The notes under the pieces: generated by a model
The model's database searches: none
Told to the model about the DNA's origin: nothing
Seen by the model: only the letters and a program-made list of their open reading frames with translations
NCBI GenBank assembly: GCA_951406725.2
Contig: OX597835.1
Location: 41,292,001 to 41,356,000, forward strand
Source of the DNA: Octopus vulgaris
Lineage: Eukaryota
Direction: 5' to 3'
Length of the DNA: 64,000 nt
Shown: positions 52,918 to 64,000 of the stretch, in pieces
How positions within the stretch are numbered: position 1 is the stretch's first letter
Layout of the letters: every line of letters begins with the position of its first letter
Made by a program: the position numbers and the translations under genes

Positions 52918-53469
52918 GTAAATTTTTCTTTACTCTTTCTTCTACTAGTTTCAGGCTTTTGACTTGCTGGCCATGCTGGGGCAATGCATTTGAGTCATTC
53001 AGCCAATCGTATTGATCCAAGTATTTGGGCCTTCATTGTTTGATAATGATGACCTGTTTGATTACCTGCATCTGAATTAATCTAGAAGTGGCTGAGTATT
53101 CCACAGACATGTACCCTTAATGTAATTTTCAGCAGAATCAGCATGATGCAGTGTTAAAAGACTGTACCTTTTTCAATTAGGGGTATGTTCCACCTGAAAA
53201 GCTTCTATAGTTTATACTGTTTTGTTCATTGGGTAAGCATTGACCCAAGGTTATAGAAAATCACATTTACCCAAGGTGACACACTATGAGATTGAACCCG
53301 AGCCCTTATCAAACTTCTTTACCATTCAACCATACTGCACCTGCTGTGTGTGTGTGTGTAACTAAGCAGGCAGCAGGAAAATTTTTCAGTATCATTTCTT
53401 CACCATTACACATGTTTCGTTTGCTAATAGGAATCACAAAATTGTATATGTCGCATATTTTATTAATGC

Positions 53470-53768
53470 GCCCTTTTCAAGCCTAGCCAGGCTCATGGGC
53501 CCGGTTTCCCGGTTTCTGTGGCGTATGTGTTCCCCCCAGCTGGACGGGATGCCAGTCCATCGCAGCGTTACTCAAGAAACAGGAAGAGAGTGAGAGAAAG
53601 TCATGACGAAAGAGTACAGCAGGGGTCGCCACCACCCCTGCCGGAGTCTCGTGGAGCTTTAGGTGTTTTCGCTCAATAAACACTCACAACACCTGGTCTG
53701 GGAATCAAAACCATGATCATCCAACTGCAAGCCCGCTGCCCTAACCACTGGGCCATTGTGCCTCCATA
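53470..53768 (-). mobile_element. tRNA-derived SINE family D (V-domain-like GCGATGGACTGGCATCCCGTCCAG)
   Basis: tRNA-like head TGGCCCAGTGGTTAGGGCA...GATTCCC. Related copies at 48157-48458, 3371-3585, 9630-9840 and 27140-27325. Confidence 0.75.
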
Positions 53769-55046
53769 TGTTGGATAAACATAAGAAATTTCCTATTAGA
53801 AATTCTTTAGAATTCAGAGAATCAAACACAGACACACAAACATACACAGACATATATATACATATATACGATGGGCTTCTTTCAGTTTCTGTCTACCAAA
53901 TCCACTCACAAGGCTTTGGTCGGCCTGAGGCTATAGTAGAAGACACTTGCCCAAGGTACCATGCAGTGGGACTGAACCTGGAACCATGTGGTTGGTAAGC
54001 AAGCTACTTACCACACAGCTACTCCTATGCCTGCTGTTAAAATTTATGTGCAATAAATAAGTTATACTTCAACAAAACAAAATATTTTAACAATTTTTTT
54101 AAATATGATTTTTTATCATCATCATCATCATCGTTTAGCGTCCGCTTTCCACACTGGCATGGGTTGGACGGTGCAACTGAGGTCTGGGAAGCCAGAAGGC
54201 TGCACCAGGCCCAGTCTGATCTGGCAATGTTTCTACGGCTGGATGCCCTTCCTAACGCCAACCACTCCATGAGTGTAGTGGGTGCTTTTTACCTGCCAGA
54301 TGATGCTGGCAAACGGCCACGATCGGATGGTGATTTTTACGTGCCACCGGCATGGAGGCCAGACGAGGCTGGCACCGGCCACGATCGGATGGCGCTTTTT
54401 ACATTTAATTGTAAAAATATAACAGGATTTTGTAAACATCAAATGGCTATGGAAGTCCACTTGAGCAATGTAGAAATAAGGGGTCCATAGGTAAAATATG
54501 GTTGAGAACCACTGATATTGACTGATGCAATCCACTATTCAGAAGCAAACTTTTACTTAATTTAAGATCATGAAATTCATATTCATACAAAGGTGTAGCC
54601 CTACACCTTTATCAATGATAGACCATCTATCACATATTGATAGCAATGAGAATGCTTAGAAACTTGGTGATGGCTGGATAGGGGAAGGGGCAATTAAAAC
54701 ATGTTGTTCCCAGAGAAGGAATACCTCAGAACCAGTTTCTTGAAAATAGTTGCCCTCATTTAAATATTTCAAAATATTTCATCATATACTGCTACCATAT
54801 TTTTACTATCAGTTTTTGTTCTTGAATCAGTTAATTTTTAATTCATTTTTCTAGGAAAACACTTGTCCCTTCATCATTTAATTTTTCAAGGAAAACACTT
54901 TCATTTTGTTGCAAACTAAATCACTTCTCTTTCATTTTAGACAAAATAAACACTTATTTCAATGGGCTAGATAACCTTGCACACTTACCTTCCTATAAAG
55001 ATTCCATTATAATTGATAATTGATGTGTTATCTTTTAATATATATA

Positions 55047-55410
55047 TACAGGGGTTGGACAAAATTACGGAAACATGTAAAATCATAGCATCATAATTTT
55101 GAAATATCTATAAAACCGTCAAAAGCATGTTTAGTTTTATGGTTTATGATTTATTATTAGTGTTGCTTAATATGTTTTGCTAAAATTGCTGTTTCTTTAC
55201 GGATATCATCAGAAAAAGGCAATTAAAATTCATTTAAATGACAGATCTATCGGACTTTCAAAGAGGCCAAATCGTTGGTGCTCATATGACAGACACTAGC
55301 GTAACAAAAACAGCCGAAATGTTTGGTATATCAAGAAGTACTGTCTCAAAAATATTGACAGCCTTTGAGAAAGAGGGAAAAACCTCCTCATCGAAACAAA
55401 ACTCCAGAAG
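55047..55410 (+). mobile_element. Tc1-like transposon 5' fragment
   Basis: TA-CAGGGGTTGGACAAAA terminus and MTDLSDFQRGQIVGA...AEMFGISRSTVSKI HTH. Confidence 0.8.
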
Positions 55411-56059
55411 AAATGTAAATAAAACACCCCCTTCCAGATTTTAAGGGAACACCCCCAGCACTCCTCTGGAGCCCTGAAGGCTGTTATGCCCCACTTTGCA
55501 AAATTTCTCTTAGAGGCCCTGTCCATTAGTCAAATGTCTGTCAAGCAAACATTCCACTTGTCATCTGTCAGCCAAACATCTATCATTTATCTGTACATCC
55601 AGCAGTCATCTGGCTGGATTGTTAAGTAGTTTCACTTCACATCCAGATGGTTCCAGGTTCAATCACACAAAACGGTACACAGGGCAAGTGTCTTCACACA
55701 CACGTGTATATCTGGGTGTGTGTCCGTATCTTAAATACCCCTAAGGCTGTAGTAGCATTTATTTATGACCCCCACCTTCCACCAACCAAAACTTCCCATT
55801 TGAACGTTTGGCATGTGCAGACCACTGAATGCCATCCAGCTGAGATTATTATATGAGATGGTCTCATCCAGAAACACCTGTAGCTCATTAAAATATATTT
55901 TGTGGATGTACAAGTCTCCATACTCTTCACTATTATTAGTATTATACACACACGCGTGCACACATGCATTCTTGTGGTATATATTCTTGTGGTTCTTTAG
56001 GTATATTTCCATTATACACCAATGTATATTTCAATAAATCATATTTTGGTAAATTACAG

Positions 56060-56138
56060 ACCTAAGCCAACGAACTTCTTCTTCCTACATTACAGTGCCG
56101 GTACGACCGCCCCCGACTCGACCAGACTTTCTTGCCAA
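56060..56138 (+). CDS. Small Pro-rich adaptor exon (DLSQRTSSSYITVPVRPPPTRPDFLA); alternative in-frame start at 56096
   Basis: TACAG acceptors end at 56059 and 56095, both phase 1. A perfect AA|GTAAGT donor in phase 2 matches the last exon. Confidence 0.75.
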
Positions 56139-56358
56139 GTAAGTTGTTATTAATATCATTTAATTGTTACCCTATACTCCGTGCTTGACTGTTCCAGTAG
56201 TTGTAACTTTAACCATCATGGATTTTGTTTTGATATTTGTCACAGTTATGTTAACAGCCTTTACAGTTGTGACGGAAATTTAAGATTCATGACCTGGGTT
56301 TTGTAGATGTCACATTTGTAACCTGGCAAAATACTGTTTGTAATGTGGTAACTAAGTA

Positions 56359-56853
56359 CCGTAAATCCTCGAGTATAATCCGCATTTTTTCCCCCAAAAT
56401 TTAAAGGTCAAAATCCCTAGTGTGTACTATATACGAGGTTAAAAATGAAAAATATTTTCTAAGCAATGTCCGAGTCTATTTGCTGTCCGACAATGTTTAT
56501 TCAGACGCATTTTGTGATGTTGGGCACGAAAATACCTTAAGCTAAGCCTGAAAGCAATGAAGTCATAAAAGAATCATCCATAACTTGCAGTAAGCAACAT
56601 TTATTAAACGTTATTACTGTTATTTCTTTATTTTCTGCAAACAAAATGCACAAAAAAGCTACACGTTTGCATTATGTTATATATACATTAATAATAAAGG
56701 ACGTTACCGTATACATTTTTACAAACCAAGGACATTATATAGACCTCCTTGACTCAAGTTAGAGAAGGGGTGCGTATTATACACAAGGTTTAGGTTTTTC
56801 AGAGGTACAAGCCCCCTAAAAATCCCCTGCGTATTATACTCGAGGATTTATGA
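56359..56853. mobile_element. pogo/Tigger-like MITE
   Basis: TA-CCGTAAATCCTCGAGTATAA ... TTATACTCGAGGATTTATGA-TA inverted termini. Confidence 0.8.
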
Positions 56854-57132
56854 TAACTGTAAAATGGTATCTTAGCAACTGTAACACAGTAATTAAGCAA
56901 CTATAATATGGTAACTTAGATGTAATGCATCAGTTTACCAGTTGCAACTTGGTGTCTTAATAGTTATTCAGGGGAAACATGGCAATTGTAACAAAGTAAC
57001 TTACAAATGCATCATGGCAGCAACTTAGCAGAGAGAAAGCAATAACTTAATCGACATAACATGGTATTTTAATAGATGTAATCTTGTAACTTAGCAGGGG
57101 ATGGGATTTCTTAAGCTTTATTTTTGTAACCC

Positions 57133-57361
57133 TTAACCCTTTCGTTACCAACCCGGCTGAAACTGGCTCTGGCTCTGTAGTGCAAATGTCTTGTTTTCAT
57201 AAATTTTGAATTAAAATCTTCCACCAAACCTTAGTCACAATCTATGTTCCTAACACTAGCTTAATGATAACAAAGTTATTTTACTAAATTTTTTGTCATA
57301 TTTAAAGTAATTGAAAGAAACACAGAGCATCTCAAAATAAATACAGTAACGAAAGGGTTAA
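57133..57361. mobile_element. piggyBac-like MITE
   Basis: TTAA-CCCTTTCGTTAC...GTAACGAAAGGG-TTAA. Confidence 0.88.
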
Positions 57362-58370
57362 TGTAGAATATTGTCCTTAATGCTGTACTGCCCCACCTCC
57401 CATCCCATCCCATCCCATTTCAGGCTGGCTTTGATGATGAAGCATATCAATCACTAATTGAATAATTCCATGTGATTGATGAGTCTATTGTTCCACTGAT
57501 ACCAAGACAGGAACTCACTTTCTTTCAGTCAAGGAATGAACTTGCCACCCCCACCCCCCATCCACTTGGCCATTGTTCTTTGTTTTGTCTTTTCACCCAC
57601 CATTTTCCCTGATCAGTGCCTTTTATTTACCAAAAATATTAACACTTGTTCTAAAGGTTGTTGTGTAGTCCTGAGGTCTTGAGCTAAGTAATCTCTCTCG
57701 CTCTCTCTACTTTGTGTGTGTGTGTGGAGAGGTGGATTGCAGGTGAGTTGTCTCACCTGTCTATGACTTTCAGGTGTTTTAATACCCAGTGCTATGAGGG
57801 AGTCACCCCGCAAAACACATACATTGAGTGGGTGCTGTTGATAAAATATATGTGTGTGTGATATAAATCCATTGTAAGGTTATTCTGCTAACCCAACACT
57901 GCAAGTAATCCGTCATTTAGGCAATGCTCCCACTGGTCACACTAGTGAATTGTACTGATTTATCAGCCAGGTAGATGTGCTGTAGAGATTGAAGCATCTT
58001 TCGGTATGGTTTTTTTTTTTTATTTTATCTAGTTTCAGCTTACGAGCTGTGGCCATGCTGGGGCACCGCCATGGTTGTGTACATACTGTTCCTTTGATGG
58101 ACAATAACTGACCCAATACATCTTGGGTTGTTTAGTTTCACCCACCTGTGTTCCAAACTAAAATCTGTCTGAGTCAATTTTGCTGAACACCAGATTACAG
58201 ACACCCCCCCCCCCCCTCCACCTGTTATTGTACTAATGCAATAGTACAATAATGCAAGAAATTATTGTTGTAGTTGCTAACAATTTTTTTTGTCAATTCT
58301 TTAATAATTCAACGGAAATAAATTTTTTATTGTTTTTCCTTTTTTTATTGTTTTTTTCTTTCTTTTTCAG

Positions 58371-59661
58371 CTTCAGCAATAATCAGCTTCCACCCCCTCT
58401 ACCCATACGTTCCATAAACACTACATCAACCGAAGTCCTCGCTTCGTCACCAGATGCATTTGTCCCCGATTTCCGGTCCCTTCGACTAAAATCTCCTAAC
58501 ACTGAAGCTCCACTTGAAAGTAACTCTCTCGACAATTCCAACCAAAGTGTCCCTGATTTCGTCTCGAATGGTCGCACAGGCTACATGTATCCCTCCGGCC
58601 AACAGATGTTAAGACATTCCCAGAGTCTGTCCAGTCCGGAACAGGACTCGCTGTTAAATGTTTTCGAGTCTTCGCCAGAAAACAATGAGGGATACCTGAC
58701 AGCTTGTCTAAAAAAGAACAACACGGACGGGGGTCTGACGTGCAACTCCGAGAGTAATAATCTCAACAAATCCCAAAACAGCTTACGGAGACGAAGTCGG
58801 CTAAAATCCCGGAGCTGTGAAGATTTGAATTCCTACATCAAAATGTCTGCATTAAAAGATTCTAATCCGGAAACATCAGACTGCAAAACAGAGCCAAAGA
58901 AAGACAACAGGGAAAATGCGGCTGTCAAACCTCCCGTGCCTTTCCCACGACTGCAAAACCTCCGCAGCAGTCTATACTGTGACAGCAATGGACTCAATAA
59001 TTATCGTGCTGCTTCTGTTTATTATGGCAACATTACCAAGAAAAAAAATGGTGTTTACGAACCAGCAAACCCAGGTGTTTCAGAACTTCGGCAGATCTTC
59101 GATGGCGGCGAGAAGAAGATGCGTAAATCAGTTTCGAATCCGAATTTCTTTAACATCTCGAGTAAAGACAACTCTGTGTGTCCCATGGCGTTCGCTCCGG
59201 AGCCGAGCCCCCTCGGAACCAGCAACAAAAACAAGTCGACTCATAAATCGTGGAGAAACCTATTTGCAGACCGACGGCGCCGGTCGAACCATGACAACCA
59301 GCAGAACAACAACAACCATCACAAAAACAACAACAATAACAATAACAACAATAATAACAACAACAACACTAATTCCTCACCGTCAACAGAAGAAGGCCCT
59401 TACTTGAATGAATCGGTCCTTTCACGTCCTGCGAATAAAGGACGATCGAGCAGTTTCAGCAAGAAGTCTTCCCAGAATTACCAAGCAACCAGTTCTCAGG
59501 TGATGGATACCTACGGTACCGGAGGCATGAAAGGTGTTCGAATGACGCCGAAAACCCGATCTTACCGAAGACTAAAGAGTGAGAGCAGTGCTTCGTATCC
59601 GAATAAATCTCCGCTGAAAGAAGCCACTCCACCTCTAGCATCAGTGGAATCTCTTTGTTGA
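58371..59661 (+). CDS. Terminal coding exon: ~430 aa Ser/Asn/Pro-rich disordered tail with Tyr docking motifs
   Basis: Long polypyrimidine tract with TTTCAG acceptor (phase 2) inside the 469-aa ORF, higher GC than the introns, TGA stop at 59659-59661. Motifs include YIKM, YGN, YLN, YEP, PPPLP, PPVP, KSRSCE and RKSVSNP, ending ...VESLC. Confidence 0.9.
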
Positions 59662-59769
59662 CAACTCTTCCTCCATCATGTTTGATGGCAACGTAAAAGA
59701 CAAAACAACTGTGGATGCGTATGTGTGAGTGTGAAAGTGTTTGCATGAGTCTGTGTGTACATATGTATA

Positions 59770-59804
<35 letters not shown>

Positions 59805-59939
59805 TTCCCCTCTAACAGTCTTTCCCTCCAAAATTCTATTCTGTAGATAAAACTACCAACAAACAAGCAAAAAAAAAAAATCAGAAGTTGTAAAAAGAAA
59901 TGAAAATATATTCATAAACATATATATATATATATATAT

Positions 59940-59976
<37 letters not shown>

Positions 59977-60562
59977 CGCTCTATCCATATCTCTCTGAAA
60001 TTGCTCGGAAGTCTGTGGCCATCCGAGGGCTGTTGGAACCTTTGAAACTCTCATCTATATTAAAAACACCCAGCATTTATAATTCTTCATATTTCCAAAT
60101 GCCTTGGATCTGTTTTAGTGCCTTATTGTCTCCAACTTCGATTATCCCACTGGCAACTGACTTTGCACCAGTTTCCACATCTCCAAGTGAAGAATACTTG
60201 TAATTTACTTGGGTCGTAGGTGGGAAGGAGGAGAATCTAGACTTCTGATTGGGTCTCTTTTCTGATGTAAAAAAAAAAAAAAAGAAAAAAGGGATAACAT
60301 GGTACCTGGGGAAGAAAACAAAAAAAAAAATGAAGACTAAAAATTGAAAACCAAAATAAAAATCTGCAAGTTCTGTTGAGAAAAGAAGAGATGAGCTTTT
60401 CTCTCTCTCTCTTTCTCTCAGAAAACTTCATCCTATTTTTATTTGATTGTTATTTTGTTTGTTTATTTTTGTATTGCAATTTGGTGATCAATTACAGGTC
60501 ATTATTGGTTTCACTGGATTAATCGCTGCTTTGTTACTTTTTGCCACCAGAAATATAACAAT

Positions 60563-60980
60563 GGAGGCGAGCTGGCAGAATCGTTAGCAGACCAGGCGAA
60601 ATGCTTAGCCGTATTTCGTCTGCTGCTATGTTCTGAGTTCAAATTCCGCCGTGGTCGACTTTGCCTTTCATCCTTTTGGAGTCGATAAATTAAGTACCAG
60701 TTACGCACTGGGGTCGATGTAATCGACTTAATCCGTTTGTCTGTCCTTGTTTGTCCTCTCTGTGTTTAGCCCCTTGTGGGTAGTAAAGAAATAGGTATTT
60801 CGTCTGCTGTTACGTTCTGAGTACAAATTCCGCCGAGGTCGACTTTGCCTTTCATCCTTTTGGGGTCGATAAATTAAGCACCAGTTACACACTGGGGTCG
60901 ATGTAATCGACTTAATCTGTCTGTCTGTGCTTGTTTGTCCCCTCTGTCTGTAGCCCCTTGTGGGCAATAAAGAAATAAGA
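60563..60980 (+). mobile_element. Head-to-tail SINE A dimer (second unit 5'-truncated)
   Basis: The second unit restarts at GGTATTTCGTCTGC (~60794). Confidence 0.85.
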
Positions 60981-61080
60981 AATATAATAATGGAATGTGT
61001 GCAATTGGGAGAAACACAGATTTACATTCTTTCACCAATATATATTCATGAAAGCGTAAACATACATACGGATATAGATA

Positions 61081-61292
61081 TACGAAGGGGGGGCTGAAAA
61101 GTTCCTGGTTTTTTTAAAAAAAGAAAATACAAGGAGATCAGTCAATTATGATTTCATTCAACATATTCCCCTCTCAGATTCACACACTTATTGCAGCGGT
61201 CTCTCAGTTTTTCTAAGTCCTGTAGAAGAACTCAGAGGGTTGGGTCTTTTGCAATACCCTTAAAGCCAGGAACTTTTCAGTGACCCCTCATA
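61081..61292. mobile_element. Small mariner-type MITE
   Basis: TACGAAGGGGGGGCTGAAAAGTTCCTGG ... CCAGGAACTTTTCAGTGACCCCTCATA. Confidence 0.75.
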
Positions 61293-61832
61293 CATCTATT
61301 CATACACATACATAGATGTATGCATACATATGGACATACACCTACTCACACACATTCTACATACATATATATACATCTATTCACATACACACACATATTT
61401 AAGCAGTATGGCTGAGTGGTTAAGAGGTTCATTTTGCAACCATGAGGTCATGGGTTCAATCCCACTGCATGGCATCTTGGGCAAATGTTGCTTTCTTTAG
61501 CATCGGATGGATTGTACCTGTAATTCCGAAGGCACATTCTTGTGCCATTAACTCTTTCGTGTTCAGATTTCGTTACACATATTCCTTATCCATTCACATT
61601 GTTTTGAATTACTCGTGAATTATCTCATAGCTTCAAAAATTTGATGATGAGGTGGTTTATTTCTAGAATATTACTGGCAGGTAAGTTAGGGTAAGTGTGA
61701 GAGGCCAGATCTGGCCTGTTTGACCATAAACCAGGTAGATATGGCTAGTTTAAATGCTAAAGTGTTGAGGAAGAAGGAAGGATATATGCGGGAGATCATG
61801 TTACAGTCATGTTGTTTGTGACTAATCTAACT

Positions 61833-62060
61833 TTAACCCTTTCGTTACCAACCCAGCTGAAACCGGCTCCGGCTCTGAGTACAAATGTCTTGTTTTCATA
61901 AGTTCTGAATTAAAATCTTCCACCAAACCTTAGTCACAATTTATATTCCTAACACTAGCTTAATGATAACTAAGTTATTTTACTAAATTCTTTGTTATAT
62001 TTAAAGTAATTGAAAGAAACACAGAGCATCTCAAAATAAATACAGTAATAAAAGGGTTAA
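61833..62060. mobile_element. piggyBac-like MITE, close copy of 57133-57361
   Basis: TTAA-CCCTTTCGTTAC...AAAGGG-TTAA. Confidence 0.88.
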
Positions 62061-62940
62061 TTATTCTCACACATTCTAAATACTTTAATTGTTCTAAATA
62101 TTTCATTATTTGTTCTTTTGGCTAACAATGTACCTCTATATACAGACATACACACACACATTCCAAAATGAAACTGGAAAGAGAAAAACTCATTGAAATG
62201 AACTTCTTTCATTTTAAACAAATGCGTTGATTACAAAATAACCTTTGATGGAAAAATAGAAATTGAGAAAACAATACCAGGTCAGAAGGATTTCTGAGAA
62301 ATGCCAGGCTTTAGAACATGTTTTTAGAACATGAGGTGATTGTGATATAATTAGTCAGTGGCGGTTACTTGAAAGACAGGAAATTATTCGTTAGCAAGAA
62401 ATTAAGTAAACAAATTCAATATGTGTGTGTGTGCATGTGTATAATGCGTCTCTTAGGTCACACTGACACATTAAAAGACGCCAACTTCATGCAAGTGTAT
62501 CTGGATAAGTCAACCAACCGAAGTCCATCCCTTTTCAGGAATCGATTTAAAAAAATTTTTTTTTTTAACTCTGATAAAAGTCATAATTTTTACGATGCTT
62601 CCTCTGCTTGCTTTTCAGCAATGAATCAACTTCTGTAAACTTAGTGGCTTTTGTCCATTTGGGACTGTCTTCAACTTTGGCCATGATACAGTGCCAATGC
62701 TAAGATCTAAAAGTGTTAATCTCTCAGCAGTAGTCTGCAATCCTACAGACTCAACGATAATAATAATTTTCACAGAAATTACTTTTTACCTTCAAGTGTA
62801 ACATTGTGCAAACGTTTTCTCAACTTCTCGTCATGTCACCTGCTAAGATAGCTTGAATACAATTAAGATTTGATTACATATGTTTTCACTTACACTTGCA
62901 GGATATCAGTTCTTGTGCATCAATTTCCGAATTAATCCAT

Positions 62941-63263
62941 TAATAATAATAATGAAATTATTGTATACAGTGCTCAGGTGCACCACAACTTGTCAGAAAG
63001 TGCATATAAAGTGTATGCAGTAATGTAAAAATGTCTGGAAAGCGAACAATGTATGAGTCAGATACATGTTTGCGTGAGTATGGAGGGGAGAAAATCAGGT
63101 GTAGTGTTGGCGAATCTCAGGAAGCATGGAAGTTTTGAAGGATGCAGTGCTCCGACAACTAACAACTGATGCTGGCAGTTTGTTCCATGCTTCAGCAACT
63201 CTCAGCGTGAAAAAATGTTTCCTGAAGTCATGGGAGCTGTGCTGTTTTCTGACTTTGTAAATA
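62941..63263 (-). mobile_element. CR1-group LINE 3' end
   Basis: YKVRKQHSSHDFRKHFFTLRVAEAWNKLP followed by 3' UTR and (ATT)n. Confidence 0.88.
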
Positions 63264-64000
63264 TTACTGAATTCTATTGTATAAACAAATTTCATCCAAA
63301 TCCATGCAAGAGTTGTATTACTACTGGACAAACTGCATTTCCTGAAAATCTCTCGGTTCCAACAGGATTGTGAGAAAGCAGAACATGACTCGAAAAGTTA
63401 CGAACATCTTGATGTATAATTTATGGTTTGGGTTTCCATGGTTGAATGGTGAGACAAAACTTGAAGCAGTTATGGTTGGTTGACAGCAGCCACATGGATC
63501 GGTCATTCTGTGATATCTTTAAATAAAGAAACAAAAATAAATTCAGTGAATTTGGGAGAGGGGGGGGGGGGGCAAACTAAACAACAAAAGATACATGTCT
63601 ATATCGTTCTCAGTGTGATCAGATGCTGTTACACATCACTGGTCACAATGTGCTTTGCATTGTTTTAGCCATCAAAGGATGCCACCCTGCTTGGTTAGGC
63701 GAGCAGGCCAACACTGCCCCTTGATCGAAAGAAGACTGGAGCAACATGAAATGAAGTGAAGTGTCTTGCTCAAGAACACAAAATTCCTACCTAGTGTGGG
63801 AATTGAACCTGCAATCGTGAATGCAACAGCCTAACTACTAGGCCACACACCTTGACACACACATACATATATATAGTGTTCTGTGATGGTAAGATCAACA
63901 AAAAAAGGTGTTCCGTCTGGTGAGAGATACATATTATTTGATAAACAACACAGTATAAGTTTTCATGTGCTGGGAACAGGCCAAATATTGTTTTATAACA

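Noticed and set aside
58252-58370. Signal-peptide-like N-terminus of the 469-aa ORF
   Set aside because: The Phe-rich stretch is the translated polypyrimidine tract of the intron. The exon begins at 58371.
58916-59407. 163-aa overlapping ORF in an alternative frame
   Set aside because: It shadows the real exon, with poly-Thr arising from the AAC repeat. There is no independent evidence for it.
61388-61470. tRNA gene (TGGCTGAGTGGTTAAG...GGGTTCAATCCC)
   Set aside because: It continues into the CORE-like TTGGGCAAATG segment and lacks an acceptor stem, so it is a SINE head.
63264-63510. Complex non-repetitive stretch as an exon of a neighbouring gene
   Set aside because: Only short open frames, with no recognisable domain or convincing splice sites.

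Overview
AT-rich, repeat-dense eukaryotic genomic DNA. The SINE, MITE and microsatellite content resembles a coleoid cephalopod such as Octopus, which is inference and was not database-checked. One spliced protein-coding gene can be assembled by hand on the + strand: a tentative first exon at 19725-19775, then 20652-20808, 22184-22363, 49440-49552, 49886-50089, 52767-52917, 56060-56138 and 58371-59661. All junctions are GT-AG with matching phases, giving 741 aa if the tentative exon is right. The product is a DOK/IRS-type adaptor with a PH domain, an IRS-type PTB domain and a long disordered Tyr-motif tail, and a 27-kb intron separates the PH exons from the PTB exons. The rest is a nested mix of three tRNA-derived SINE families plus a (GAT)n-tailed retroposon, fragments of CR1-, RTE- and R4/Dong-type LINEs, decayed Tc1/mariner elements, piggyBac-, Merlin- and pogo-like MITEs, non-autonomous Helitrons, 89-, 38- and 20-bp tandem arrays and microsatellites. 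Most of the short ORFs in the track are repeat artefacts. No CRISPR array, prokaryotic system or intact RNA gene was found. The most interesting signals are inverted retroposon copies flanking a symmetric 180-nt exon, an alternative acceptor that removes an ITIM-like motif, hammerhead-like motifs, a tRNA-Arg/retroposon chimera and an apparent locally templated insertion.
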